Shown here: positions 39,716 through 52,735 of the stretch, one piece after another
How positions within the stretch are numbered: position 1 is the first letter of the stretch
Layout of the letters: every line of letters starts with the position of its first letter
DNA from: the human T2T-CHM13v2.0 reference genome, Homo sapiens
Assembly: GCF_009914755.1 (NCBI RefSeq)
Contig: NC_060939.1
Reading direction: 5' to 3' (one strand)
DNA length: 64,000 nt
Notes under the pieces: generated by a model
The model's input: only the letters and a program-made list of their open reading frames with translations
The model's database searches: none
What the model was told of the DNA's origin: nothing
Position numbers and translations under genes: made by a program

Positions 39716-42254
39716 GTAAATGGGGCTCTGGACTATTTAAAACTTTTTTCATGTTTGGAGTGAGTTTTTTTTTTATCTCTGGCAACAAATTAGAAATTCC
39801 TCCAGAATTAAAGAGCATGGAATGGAAATCATTTGGCTTCTCCAGCTGAAAAGGTCAACTAGATTCAGAAATGTACTCCAAGGCTGCACTGTCTGCATGG
39901 AAACCTAATTAGAGATGATACTTCATTGGCTAAAAGGGATCAAACCTATCTGAGCTTTCATCTGGATATGTATTTTTAAAAAATTACTCTGAGTTACTAA
40001 TTCATTTATCTTTCTACTTACAGGAAATTCCACTCATTGATAAAGCTCGGCTTCGACGCCCCTGCTCACAATGAAATACCTTCCTTGCCAACCACATTGC
40101 TTTATGATCGTGCCCCTTTACCACATTGTACTTGAAATGCCTTGTCGTTTAAGAAACCATAAAAACGACGTCTTTAAAAATGGGTTCATCATTTAGCTGG
40201 AGATGGCTTCTGTGCCTGGAACCAGAAGCCTGTCCTCTCGGTGGTATGCCTCCACAAAAGGAAGCGAGCTACCACAAAGGACAGCATCATGTGTTGCCTT
40301 CATTGCTGTTGAATCGGGAAGTTGGTGCCCAGTTTCAACATGGATGACAAAGTAGTGGGAATCTGAAATGCCTACAGTAGAAGTAAGGGTGTCTTTATAT
40401 TGGGAATATCCTCGATCCCAGGGCCCATTTCTAATTCCCCCTTCTCTCTTTCCCTGATACAGGCTATTTTTGAACGAGAAGGACTTTGGCTCAAATCAAC
40501 AGTTTGGTTTCTTACTGTTTACATCTATGAGTCAAAGTAGCTTGCTCCCAGGATCCCCCACCAAACCGAATGAAAATAAATTCAATGTGTGCCCACTGAG
40601 CCTGGCCTGGGAGTTCTTGAGATCAACTCAGAATCATGGTCTTTCTGTCACTCCCAAAACAATCCTACCTAATTCTACTTGTTCCTAAGTATTGCCTTAG
40701 GATACTGACAGTCTTTTCTCCTACTTACAGCTTTTGAATGAAATTAAAGCTAATCCTCTCTGGCTTGGTCGGGTCTTGTGTAAGATTCCCACACCCCACA
40801 ATCAAGGCCTTGCAATGTGGTGTTAGAAGAGATAGCCAAGTTACCACACCTGTATCACGATTCGGATAAGGATAGTATTTTTTGCCTTCCATGAGACAGC
40901 TTTGAAAACCTGAGTCACAGAAGCTGCTTCATGCAAATCCTTCCACTTTCCTCCTCACTGCCAGTACATTGGCACCTCCTTCTTAAAATGAGAAGAGAAG
41001 CATAAACAAGACCTCTGTGGACCTCAGAATAAAATGTAAGATCTTCAGATTTCCATCGCATGATTTCACCAGGCCAAGGCAGCCCAGCTTCATTTTTACG
41101 TGCACTGTGGTTCTAAGTATTTACAGTGGTGTAACCCGCTCCCCCACCTAACCCCCCAATATCGGTACTTTACTCACTCAGCTTCTAGTAAGAAGAATAA
41201 ACAAAAAGAATCAAAGAGAAGAAGGCAAGAAACCGGGGACCAATTTTCAGCTCATCCTTTCCTTCTTAAAAGAAGGAATTCGCCTGCAGTGTCTGTAATT
41301 TAGAAGGTTTTAATGAATGGCTTCTAAATTATTTATTACGCATAGAAAGCTGTAAACATCCCTCTCTGAACCATTATGATATTATCTGGGCAGGAGTCAA
41401 AAGGTTCAAACATTTGGCACTTTTCACTGGACTGTTGTTGAAAATAGTTCTGCTCTGTGAATGTAACTTCTCTCCTTCCTTGTTATATGGAATTGTGTGT
41501 GAGCCTGTGAGCCTGCGAGCCTGTGTCTGTATCATTCACTTGAGATCGTCAAAAGGCATCCTGGCTTTGTAATTTGCTCTTTTGCAGACTTTCGACTTAA
41601 TAAGAGATTCCAAAATTAGTAAAAAAAAATATAATAAAGTAAAATAAAGCCAATTTAAAAAGGCATCGACAGAATATACAAACTGGATATTCAAGCAGAA
41701 GTGTTTGAAATGCCTCAGCCTCATTTCAAAGAGCTTCCTGCTGTCAAGCCCAAACACCCAGACAGGTAGACTGCTGTGAAATATGTAGGCGATGCCTGCT
41801 GCCTGATTTTCAGATGGCGAGGAGGCATTTGAAAGCATCAAAGTTCCCTGTATAGATGTGTGTACATTAATCCCTGCCTCTGTGATCTCTGCACTCGCCT
41901 ATTGTAACTTGCTGTTTAATAGATTGCCAAACTTTGCCCTTCACAGACTGCACTTTTTTTTTTTTCCCAAGGATCTGCTCCTCTCCCAGGAGCTTCTTGC
42001 TGGGGCCGAGTTTTAAAAGTTTTCATTCCTGGGCTTGTGCTATGGCATTGGGTCACTCTTTGAATTCTGCACTTTTGAACACCTCACTTGTTGGCTTGCT
42101 TTTCCTCGCCCCTGGTGTCGATGTCTGTATGTGGCTAAAGTCAGTGCCCTCCAACCATGAAGCATCTGCCATGAGCCAGCCCTGATACGAATCATTAACA
42201 ACCACAGCACTAGCCCTGTAAGAGCCTGTAATGTAGTGGGAGAGAAGATAGAGA

Positions 42255-42585
42255 TCAAAGGCTGTCAACTGGCAGCCCACAGGTTGTGTATGGCCCAAAG
42301 ACATGTACTGTTTTGCCTACACTGTGTTTTAAATTCAGATTAGTAACTAACACAGAAAAGATGGGAAATTTCACTTAGAAATCTGTGCTTCAAGCTTCTC
42401 TTGGAAAATTGGAAGGTGTGATTAAATAGGGCTTCCTGCCTGCATGGGTCCTGTTTTAGTTGGGATATATATTTTTTTCTAGACTGAGGTGGTGGAACAG
42501 TTACCATTAAGGACCTCAGCCTTGGCTTTCTTGATATCTTGATGTTACCTGCTGGGACATTGGCCTTTTGAGTCTGTGGTCCATG
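42255..42585 (+). mobile_element. MER102-like hAT-Charlie transposon
   Basis: aactggcagcccacagg...ggcccaaagacatgt...cactgtgttttaaa...gggaaatttcac.tagaaatc...gcttctcttggaaaattggaag. Confidence 0.75.
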
Positions 42586-42609
42586 ATAAGGACACACACA
42601 AAGGCAAAT

Positions 42610-42820
42610 ACTAACTGGAAAATTTGGGGGATACCAGCAGGTACTCTAAATACGTCATCTCATTTGATCTTCTAAACACATCTACAAATCTGCCATTATA
42701 ATATCCACTTCACACATGAAAAGTTGAGGCTGTTTTTAAGTACCTTGCCCTATTTCACACAGCTGACGATAGAGGAGTTGGGTGTGGAACTAGAGCTATT
42801 AGCTTTGAAGCATCCTTCTT
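42610..42820 (-). mobile_element. MIR
   Basis: catctcatttgatcttc...catgaaaagttgaggct...aagtaccttgccc...cacacagctg. Confidence 0.65.
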
Positions 42821-43059
42821 TTCAATTAGAAAGGCAAGAAAGTCCCCAGGAAGGGTGCAATATGGGCTGCCAGATCTCACATTGTCTTCTCCCACTGAAA
42901 CTCAACTCTGCTCTAGTCTAACCACACCACACTTCTCACTGTACCCGAGGTATTCTTGGTCATTTGATCACTTCTTGTGTTTGTGTATTCTATTCCCTGT
43001 CCTCACCTTCTCTTTTGTACCTGCAAACTCCCTTCTTGCTTTGCAAAACCAAGAATAAT

Positions 43060-43280
43060 TGTTAGTTCCTTTATGAAGATTTTCATGACCCCTGGGTCAG
43101 TTTGTCTAACACTGGGGCTCCTAGAGCCTCCATTTCTACTCAGGTGTCTCGTGGTAAAAGGTCCGTACACTGGTGGCTTTTCACTGGACTGTCAGTTCCT
43201 TAAGGGCAGGGCCACATCTCGTTCATCACTCTACACCACCATGCCCAGCACAGATGCCTGATATGCAGGAAGTACTACTC
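43060..43280 (+). mobile_element. L2 fragment
   Basis: cactggactgtcagttccttaagggcagggcc...cccagcacagatgcctg. Confidence 0.65.
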
Positions 43281-45895
43281 CATGCAGGGTGGCCTATGGG
43301 TGGAGTTTTCCGGGCTGAATCACACACTTATCAAGGGCTCCTTGGGGGAAGTGAAATTGAATTGGAAGGGTCAACAGTAAATTCCATCTGTGTTTTCATT
43401 TGTTTTCTCATCCCCCATCATGACACCCTCACTTATCCTCCAAACTTTCTGCTTAACAAGACTTTGCCGCTGCCTCCTCTTTTGCCAGATGGCAATGCAC
43501 TCACTACTTCCAATACCCAGATACATCCATCAAGCAACTTCAAATTTGAAACACATCAGAAACTTGCTGGGCATGGAACAGGTAATGAGGAAATGGCATA
43601 TGTGCACTGTGGGATCGTGATGGGGCTGTAAAGTTAATCAAGAAAGAAACAATTCCACCAAGAGCTTGTGAACGTACCTGAAAGGATGGGCAGGTTTGTC
43701 CAGGTGTGAGCCGTAGGCTGGCTGAATGTCTCTTTCTCATGTGGGTTATGGGAAACCAATATGCCTCCAAATCACTGGCTGGACCTCAACTGAACTTTCA
43801 GTTTTTATTTTCCACTCCCATACTATTTTTGAAAGCGTTAAATAATTGCCTCTACAGCTAAGCACTAAAGGCCTCATTTAACAAAAATCAATATGGAGCA
43901 GTACAAGCATGGAATAAACCAAACCAGAGGCCAAAGCTTAAAATCCATCTCACAACTGAATCATAAGTGGTAAAATTAAGAGCAGGTGCACTGACAGACA
44001 GAGGTGAAGGCTGGCCTGATAAAATGGATTTTTGTTACTTCTAATGAACTCATCACATGCAGACAATGAGAAAGGACTGACCAGGTGGGAGGGAGGAGCT
44101 GACTTTGGCAATGATGTGTCTTCTCCACACAATGATTATTTCAAGAAAGGATGCAGAGTAGAGGCTGTAGTACATTTAGGGGAGTTTCAATCGGCATTAT
44201 TTCATTTCTCCTCCCTAACAAATCTTCACTGAATGTGTACTGCATGTGTGGTTATTTTTAAAACGTGCACAGTGAACACAGCTTGTGAAACTTCGGTCAT
44301 CATCCTAATCAGGCAACTAATGCCCTATTCAAGATTGGTGTATGCTAGCGACCACATTTTAGAACGATTTTACCTGGTGTGAACAGAGAGTAAAGAAGGG
44401 CCACCCCTTTCCCTTAATAACAGGTTCTTAGCTGTTAGTCCCAGGAAGTAAAGCAAAGGCAAATGAACTTCCATGATAAATATTTAAGAAAAATAATCTT
44501 TAATTGAGTTAGAATGAAAGTAAATGTGCAAACTGCTATTTGAGATAACTGTCTCGATAAGCCTCTTGCAAATATAATATGAAGCAGAAAACCTGTTAAC
44601 TCTTTTTGTCTCGTCTTTATTCACCAGGGTTAGGTGCTCTTACATGGTAGGGGGAATCTGGACTAGTAATATCTCGATGAAGTTGCAAAAAGAACAACAA
44701 AAAAAACCCATTTGGTTGAGCACTGTGAGCTGACATATGCACCTGTAAGCCAAGATAACTACAGAGCTGCTCTGCAAATTTGGTTAGGGTTTAGGGGATA
44801 ATCTTAGACTAATAAAATAAACCATCCTTGAATGTTCTAGTCACCAGGTAGCAGAAGCCTGCTTAGGTCTCAGTGGATTCCTTCTTTCTGGTCTCATTGG
44901 CAGTTAGATATTGATGTTATAAACTCTCATGCCACGAGTGTGCCTCTCTGATGTCTGATATCCATTTGGAATCACCTCGGAAAACTCACTATTACCAGCA
45001 GTTTCTTCAAGCAGACCACCCTCTATGCTCCTGAATGTTCTCTGACCAGGCTGGGCCTTTCTTTTCCTCTAATAATTAGCCACCCATTGTCCCCCTCCAA
45101 TTTCTTCCAACCCTGTTTCCTACCCCTTGCATTTTTCTTGCTTCTTTCATTTTCCCTGTGTATGCTGACTGCCTAGTTCCTCTTCTACTAAATTATGCTC
45201 TATTATTTCCACTGCCTGAAGAACTCACAGCTGAAGCATTATTTCTAACCTTATTTTGTATTCCTAGCATGTGCTATAACCTGTTTTGAGTTTTATTTGC
45301 AGCCAAGATGCTGACACAGCTCCAATTTTGTTTTCATATTTTGATTGGGTAGGAGTGTTCATTACTGTGGGTACTAGGGTAGGGAAGAAAAGTCATTTTA
45401 AAAAGGCACAATTTACACCTTCGTTAAAGGGCTTTTTGTTTCTGAATGCTGCCCATTTAAATTCTAAAAACTACAAATGTTCAAAAAAGATATTCCTTTT
45501 TTTTTCTTGGAGAAAAGAGATTTTAATGAAAATTATAGAAGTCCAATGTAATTTTCCTATTATGTTTTTAATGTTGTGCCTATTATGTCTGATCTCCTTT
45601 TGTGTTTCTTAACTGACCAGCACATACAGGCAGGTGTGGAAAGCCTAGAAGTCAGGGGTTTGTAAGAAATTATGTTTTCAAAGCCCAGTTCAGCTCTACA
45701 TTAACCAGCCTTCCCAGGGACAACTGCCTCATTTGTGACATTATTGAATTCATGGTTCATATTAAGCTTATATCTCATAACCAGGTAATTCATGAGTTTC
45801 AGCTACAGGGAACCCCTTAGATGGGGCATAAAATTTCCAATGAGCTTTCCCATAAAGGAAAGTGTAGGATGAGTGAGGTTTCGTGCTCCTTTACG

Positions 45896-46067
45896 TTTGT
45901 TTGTTTTTTAGAGACCCAGTCTCATTTTGTTGCCCAGGCTGGAGCTCAGTGGCTACTCACAGGCCCAATCATAGTGCACTGCAGCCTCAAACTCCTGGGC
46001 ACAAGAGATCCTCCTGCCTCAGCCTCCTGAGTAGCTGAGACTACGTGAGTGCTTCACCATGCCTGGC
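45896..46067 (-). mobile_element. FAM (fossil Alu monomer)
   Basis: Single monomer carrying the FAM-diagnostic segment cagtggctactcacagg (reverse of CCTGTGAATAGCCACTG). Confidence 0.85.
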
Positions 46068-46168
46068 TAGTTTTCACGGCTCTTGATGTATGATTCTCAG
46101 GCTCCTTTTTGGAAGAGATTTAATTTCATGGGACTCCTCTACTCCAAAATCTTCAAGAACTCCACAGT

Positions 46169-46360
46169 TAAGGTTGTCAGGTAAAATGCTAGATACCCAG
46201 GTACATTTGAATTTCAGATAAGCACCAAATAATATTTTTGTATAAGTATGTCACATGCAATATTTGGGACATAATTATATCAAAAATTATTCTTTGTTTA
46301 TCTGAAACTCAAACCTCTCTGGGCATGTTGTATTTTTATTTGCTAAATCTGGCAACCCTA
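46169..46360 (+). mobile_element. MER53 palindromic MITE, full length
   Basis: TIRs taaggttgtcag / ctggcaacccta; central tataagtatgtcacatgcaatatttgggacata; TSD tccacagt/tccatagc. Confidence 0.92.
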
Positions 46361-46479
46361 TCCATAGCGCATAAGGGAACAAGCTTTAACTCTTAAGGTA
46401 GGACTTCTGGGTCCCCCATAGACTGACTCTCTTTTCTTTCTGCCTTATTTTCTGCTATATCCAACTCCCCCTATCCTCC

Positions 46480-46830
46480 CACCCTCCATTCCACTGAGTT
46501 TGAGTTACTTTCCCATCTGGAATGCCTCCTTTCCTTCTCTCGCCCTGGATTATTCAAGACTGCCTCCTCAGGGAAGCCTTCCCTGAACACTCAGCCAAAA
46601 GTAATCTCTTGGTCTTTTTAGACCAGTGAGCTCGTTCTGTGTGGCCCATTCATTGGTACATCTCACACACTTGCCTGGGAGCTTAGCTATCATTTCATCT
46701 CTATACTGTATTCTTTCCAAGAGGACACAAGCTCTTGGGTAGCAGTGACCTTGCCTTATGTTTCTTTGTGCACTTTGCAGTGTCCAGCACTAGGCCTTTC
46801 ATATAGTTGGTGCTCAAGGGATACCTAGTG
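46480..46830 (+). mobile_element. L2 3' fragment
   Basis: cctcctcagggaagccttccctga...gtccagcactaggcctt..atatagttggtgctcaa. Confidence 0.7.
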
Positions 46831-47059
46831 ATAGAAAAGGCCACTATTGATTGTCACCGAGCTGCTCTCTTTTGCAGCTTCATGTTTCTCACACTTCTTT
46901 CCCTGCATTGAGGGAAGGCTCAACCTGTTCTCCAGAATGTTAGCACGAACCCCATACATGAACTTCATCATCTACCTCATTAAAAACTTGATAGCCAGGT
47001 TCATTTCCCATGGACAAGTGAATAATAAGTAATACAAAACACAGTCTTATGTGGGCAAG

Positions 47060-47195
47060 CCACTTGTTCTCTCTGTAGATCAGTTGTCTCATCTGGGAGA
47101 AGGGCCTGGTTCCTCCCCTACCTCTCAGGATCATGAGGATACACGAGATCTTGGAAAAACATAGGTAGCACGGTGCTGCAGTGCATTTAGTGATG
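47060..47195 (+). mobile_element. MIR fragment
   Basis: gggcaagccacttg.tctctctgtagatcagttgtctcatctg...cctacctc. Confidence 0.6.
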
Positions 47196-47325
47196 AGGCC
47201 AAGAACATGGAATAAACTTCTCTAAGTATATTCTGTTTAAACTGGATCCTTGAGTTGCTCATGAGAATTTCAGGGTACATGCCAGCAACAAATTTTCAAA
47301 TCATGGCTGACAAGGTGGGATTTTT

Positions 47326-47570
47326 ATTTTATTATTTATTTTTATTTTTATTTATTTATATTATACTTTAAGTTCTAGGATACAAGTGCATAACGTGCAG
47401 GTTTGACACATAGGTATACATGTGCCATGTTGGTTTGCTGTACCCATCAACTCGTCATTTACATTAGATATTTCTCCTAACGCTATCCCTCCCCCAGGCC
47501 CCCACCCCCCTGACAGGCCGCGGTGTGTGATGTTCCCCGCTTTGTGTCCAAGTGTTCTCATTGTTCAGTT
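47326..47570 (-). mobile_element. L1PA (PA5-7-like) 3'UTR stub
   Basis: ttatactttaagttctagg...gctatccctccccc...tgtgtgatgttcccc; perfect TSD caaggtgggattttt (47311-47325 / 47571-47585) at a TTTT/AAAA site. Confidence 0.95.
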
Positions 47571-48169
47571 CAAGGTGGGATTTTTAAAATGACACAATTG
47601 GAGACAAAAGTAGCTGGCAAGCAGGTGGCAGGATTCTCTTGCTAACCTAGGGTACTAAGTCTTGGTCACTGGAAATTTATATTTAAAAACTACCTCATGT
47701 GATTGCCTGGATTTTAGAAATATGCAAAAAATAAATTTCTAGGGAAAAATACCACAGAGAAATAATGTCAGCTTTAACTTTCTTTAAAAGCTGTTTTAAA
47801 TGTTTCTCTTTAAAAAACTATTTTGCTTTTCCTCGTATGGGTCCCCACACCTACCTTGTGTGAGTCATCATCTCATGCACCAGGGCTTTCAAAACGTGAT
47901 AAGTAAAGCAAGACGTCTACTGTATATCTTGTTAGGAACTTGCTTTGCCTTTTTGCTCCTGTTGCTCTACAGAAAAGATGGAGCGTTCATGAATGGCAAG
48001 GTGAGCCACACGTAGGGGGCCGTCCTAGCCCAGACTGCCCAACACTCCTGCAAAACCTCATTTCACTGCTGGATCTACAGGCAACCCCTGCACTGCGATT
48101 CCTCCTCCTCACACCCACATTCCAGGCTCAATTAGTGGAATCCTAGTCTTATATCCACACCATGGCAGC

Positions 48170-48250
48170 ACATTAAAATGTCTCCGATTAAGCCCTGGAT
48201 TAGCATGTGCCCAGACTTTATCTTAATTGCCGATTAAGATTAATCCCGCC
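48170..48250. promoter_or_regulatory. Homotypic K50-homeodomain (CRX/OTX2/PITX-type) site cluster
   Basis: GATTA 48186, TAAGCC 48189, GGATTA 48197, TTAATT 48223, GATTA 48232 and 48238, TAATCC 48241. Confidence 0.55.
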
Positions 48251-48619
48251 AGGGAGTTTTCCAGGGCTGCTTTATTACCATGGGGTGAATCATTACATAG
48301 TTTGAGTTGCAAGTTCCATTTAGCTTTCTTTGACTAAAATGGGAGACCCAGACTCTCTTGGCCTCTAAGGAAGGGGCTCTTTATTGCTTTCTGAAAACCT
48401 CCCTTGACAGCTCATTTGCACCTGAAGGTTGTGAGGATGAAGCCTTGATCCATCTTGACAAGTCTATGAAAACTGGAACACAGGGAGTCACAGGCTTTCC
48501 GGCGGGCTCTTGGCTTTAAAAATCTACAGTGAACTTTGACTTGAAGAATGATCTTTATATACTCGGTGCTGGCTTTATCATTCATAGTGATTTACTGAAA
48601 ACCTTTTTTTTCTCTCTTT

Positions 48620-48800
48620 CTCTTGCTCTACATGGATGTACATATTTGTTTTCTGAACCGTTTGAGGATATAGTATATACATGGTCCTTTAGCTCTACAT
48701 ACTTCAGTGTGTGTTTCCCGAGAATGGGAATAATTTCTTACGCAATCACAGCTGAGTCATGAACTTCAAAAATTTACATTGGTACTTTTTACCAATCCTG
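48620..48800 (-). mobile_element. Old L1 (L1MC-like) 3' fragment
   Basis: ttttctgaaccgtttgag...tacttcagtgtgtgtttcc.gagaa...aatttacattggtac. Confidence 0.6.
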
Positions 48801-49485
48801 ATTTTACCAATACTTTTACTAATATTGATTTACTCCAAAATCTACTTCACTAAGTGATACCCCGATAACTATTAAGTCTGGCTACAAAAGAGAGAATTGA
48901 AAGCAAGAGAACTCTCCATGTTAGAGGTAAAGTGATGAGACCTAGAAAAGAGAAATAACTTAGTGAAGGTCACACAGTGGCAGAAGAGTCCAGACAAACT
49001 CAAGAACTCAGGGGCAACTTCTAGCCACTGAATTGATACGCACATAAAGACTCAAGAAAGGTCAGGTCAGTATCGACTCTGGAAACATCCAGAGCTACCG
49101 GGCCAAGCAGACTTGACACTACCCTACCTAGATATGGAAATTTCCCAAGGGCAGAGGCCAAGAACTCTGTTTTTGAAACGGTGTGCTTCACATTTATGTA
49201 ATACATAAGAAAGACTTGAGGATAGCTATACCTGTTTCACTGAAATACTTCTTTTCTCCCAGCTTTAAGATGCTAATTGTTCATGCAATTCTGTTTGGCT
49301 GTCTGGGGAGGCATAAGTCAGGAGCATTCAGCAGCAGTGTAGAGATCACTAACGTGGCACAGCTGTGAGACCCTTTGACAACAGTACGTGCCTTTGGCCT
49401 GACTCAGACTGGAGGACCTGGCGGACACCCACAGCCACGGCTTCTGGGGATTCCTAAAAGGGCAGTTCCCTGCTTTCTACCTCAG

Positions 49486-49544
49486 GGAACCTGATCATGT
49501 TATCGCTCTGAATGGGTTGGCTTTTGTCAGAGCATCTGGGTCAG
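49486..49544 (+). other. Candidate 59-nt exon
   Basis: Acceptor ttccctgctttctacctcag|G and perfect donor CAG|GTGAGT. Confidence 0.35.
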
Positions 49545-52099
49545 GTGAGTCTGCGTAGTACTTTTCAATGTCAAGGCCAGTCATGATATTCATCGTCAAA
49601 TCTGTGGCGCCATTCTGTGATGTCTCCATCTCAGAATCTGTCCTAATCCAAGAGCCAACAATGGAAATGGCTTCATCCTGAGAGGCCATCAACAGAGACT
49701 TCAGAAGGATCACAGAGGCCCAATCTCCTTCACAGATCCTCCACCAGACATCCCTTCCTAAGGACTCTTCCTCACATGGCTGTGGGTATTCCCGCTTCTG
49801 CTAGTAGAGTGTATGCCAAGAAAAGAGAAAGCCCGTCTCTGGTTTCCCTACCCTGCTTACTGCCCTGGGCGGCTACCAGTCTTAGTGGTATTTGGGAGTC
49901 CTAACGGATGCACCCATATCTAGGTAACACAAATACCCACAGTCTTTATCTTCCTTTACACTAAACTCATGAGATACACCACATTGGCCACTGGTATTTC
50001 TGAATGGACAGAAGTCATTTGCTGGTCTCTTTCTAAAGGCTGTAGTCTGCCACTTCCATGGTAATTTCATCCTAAAGCAGAGCCTAAGAATTGAGGACGA
50101 AAGCTTTCTCTTTTGTTGAACCCACAGCATAACCATGTTCCTTAGATTCTATTACAAAACAACCATTGGCTTTAACTGGAAACTTGAAAATTTAGGGTAA
50201 TTATAGTATCAATTCATGATTACTCAACACATTTCCTCAACTTCCTTTGTGACTGATATTTTGAGTATGTTACTGTAACATTCGTTGAAGAAAGTGTGTT
50301 GTCCTGAAACAAGTGAGGCCTGAGACACCCCACACGTCTAAGATTTCTTACCTATGATTCATGTGGCTGCCAGAATATCTTTTACCTTCTTTCTTCTTTC
50401 AACCCTTCTCTCTTAAGTTCCGTAAACTTGTGTCGGGCTTCCTGAATTTGCCTTCAGCACTAGTAGTAACGTGACTCTAAATGGATGGGTTTTCCATGTT
50501 ATTCTGGTCCAAGCTGCAAAAGATTAGATTCCCCACCGAGCCCTGATGGTGGTATTACTAGGCTTTAACTTGATGGGACTGACTTCGTTAATAGAATTCT
50601 CTCTTCAGTTGTTTGACTATGTTAATGTTGCTAGAAGGAAAAAAACCCCTGATTTTCCTATATGTAAGCTGTTTTCAAATTTGCGTGGGGGTTCTCTTGA
50701 ACAGATCTGCAGTTTTCTTCCTATGGAGACACTACAATTAACACGTTCCTTTTTCTCTTTATAAAAACTAATATCTTGCTAGGCACTCCGCCAGGAGTAC
50801 TGAAATTTAGTTCTGATAAAAATCCTTCTTGGATATTTCTGGTCTAAGCTTTAAGATCTCTTTTCCTTCTTTCCCTCTTTGCTCTTTTCCCCTCCCCGAT
50901 TACCCCCTACTCAAGGCACGAGCACACACACGCACAATTCATTTATGCCTACCTTGGAACAGATCTGAGCCAACATATTCCCTGGGGGGAAACAACGGTC
51001 TCTTTTCCTATTAATGAACAGTATGGTGTTGCAGATTCATGGAGGGCTTAATTTAATAAACATGGAAAGATGAATATGCTTATGGGACATCAAACCTCTT
51101 TAGGTTTAAAATTACTGACATAGAAGAATTGTCTTGTGAAGCACCCCGTCCTTTCATGGCTGGGTCATTATGGAATACAATGCGGCAGGGGAAAAACATC
51201 TCCTACCTGGGGCTTCGACTCCTTCTACCCTTTGACTCCATCTCCTCCATCCCTAAGTGCCAGAGGAGGCGTCAGATGTGCAGAAGTCAGCAATAACTGT
51301 GTGTGAACTAGTTCAACCTCCAATTCTGTGGCTTAGTCCTTATCGGTAATTCGATGGGAACCTGAAACTTTGTTGAAGGGAAGGTATTTTGCTGGCTCGG
51401 CTAGAATTGAGTGTAGACAGCACCCACGATATTGTGATGACCAACCAGCTTGAGATGAAGGCACTCATGACCAGCTTGCAGGAGCAGGCCTCGTCCCAAC
51501 TCCTACTCCCTTTCTCTCCCCGCCACTCTTATTAGACACACTTCAGACTGAATCTTCTGTGGTTCCCACCTCACTCTTCCCATTCTTGAGCCCCTTCCCC
51601 TTCATCTTGGATTAGTTTGTCAGATGGCTAGGTAATCTGGCAAGGTCTTCAGGAGAGGAGGGAAATAAAACAGGCGGAACTCTGTCCAGGCATTTAAAGA
51701 CGCAAAAGGCTGCCTGCTGGGGAGCAAAGGCCTGGGAGGCTAGTGAGCACCTACAGAGAGCTGGGTGCTGGGGAGAAAGAAAGGAAGGAGCATCAGAGAC
51801 TTCACAACCAGGCTTTCTTTAAGTACACGTGCTCTTCTGCTCCTTTTAAATTATGCAAACCAAACTGAGATAGGCACAGCAGAGCGTAGATCCTGCACTA
51901 AACGGGTAAGAAGCTTGCAATTGAGCCATGGCTGTAAAAGGTAAAGACAAGGTATGGGGTCCCCAGGGTTTGGGGTCCAGGTCTGGTTAGGGGAGTGGAG
52001 TTCTTGTAAAGAGTCCTTAAATCTTTCTCTAAACCAAGGACTGTCTAGACATGGCATCAGTAACAGTGCAATTACCGTCTTTGGATTTATGCAGTCCTA

Positions 52100-52373
52100 T
52101 CCTTACCATTCTGTTTAAACCTGCAACCTGCCTCCCTTTTTCCTTGCCCTATTTTTCCTCCTTCCCTTAGCACTTATCACCTTGTACCACTATACAATTT
52201 ATTTATTTCTTGTATTTACTGCTAATTGTCTGTCTTCTCTCTGCAGAAATATATGCTCCTCCAAGACATGAGTATTTGTCTGTTTATCTTCATTGATATA
52301 TCTCTAGTACCTGGAGTAGTGCCTAGTTAATAATAGGTGCTGAATAAATATTTACTAAATAAATGAATGAATG
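52100..52373 (+). mobile_element. L2a 3' end
   Basis: ttagcacttatcacc...tttgtctgttt..ttcattgatatatc...taggtgctgaataaatatttactaaataaatgaatgaa. Confidence 0.85.
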
Positions 52374-52599
52374 TTATTACTCCTTACAAGCTGTCCCATA
52401 CTCTAAAACACCAGGAGCCCTTTAAGACGAGCAAAAACAGAGCCAAAATAACTATGCAGAAACAAAGCATAAGAATGTTCACACTTTAGTCTTCTCTAAC
52501 AAAGTATATTCCAATTAGTTAAGTGAAAAGCTGAATACAAAACAAAATAAGACCCGGAACATTAGCTCAGGAAGAAACACGGATACGGAGAAATCACAA

Positions 52600-52735
52600 C
52601 GAGCAGCCTCATGGTATCATGGAAAATTGATAGCCTAGATATCACGAGACCCTGGTTACAGTCCCAGCTTTGCATAAATCTGTGTGACCTTAGGCAAATC
52701 ACCTTGCCTCTCTGGGCCTCAGTTTTTCCAGTTAA
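52600..52735 (+). mobile_element. MIR
   Basis: tgtgtgaccttaggcaaatcaccttgcctctctgggcctcagtttt. Confidence 0.8.
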
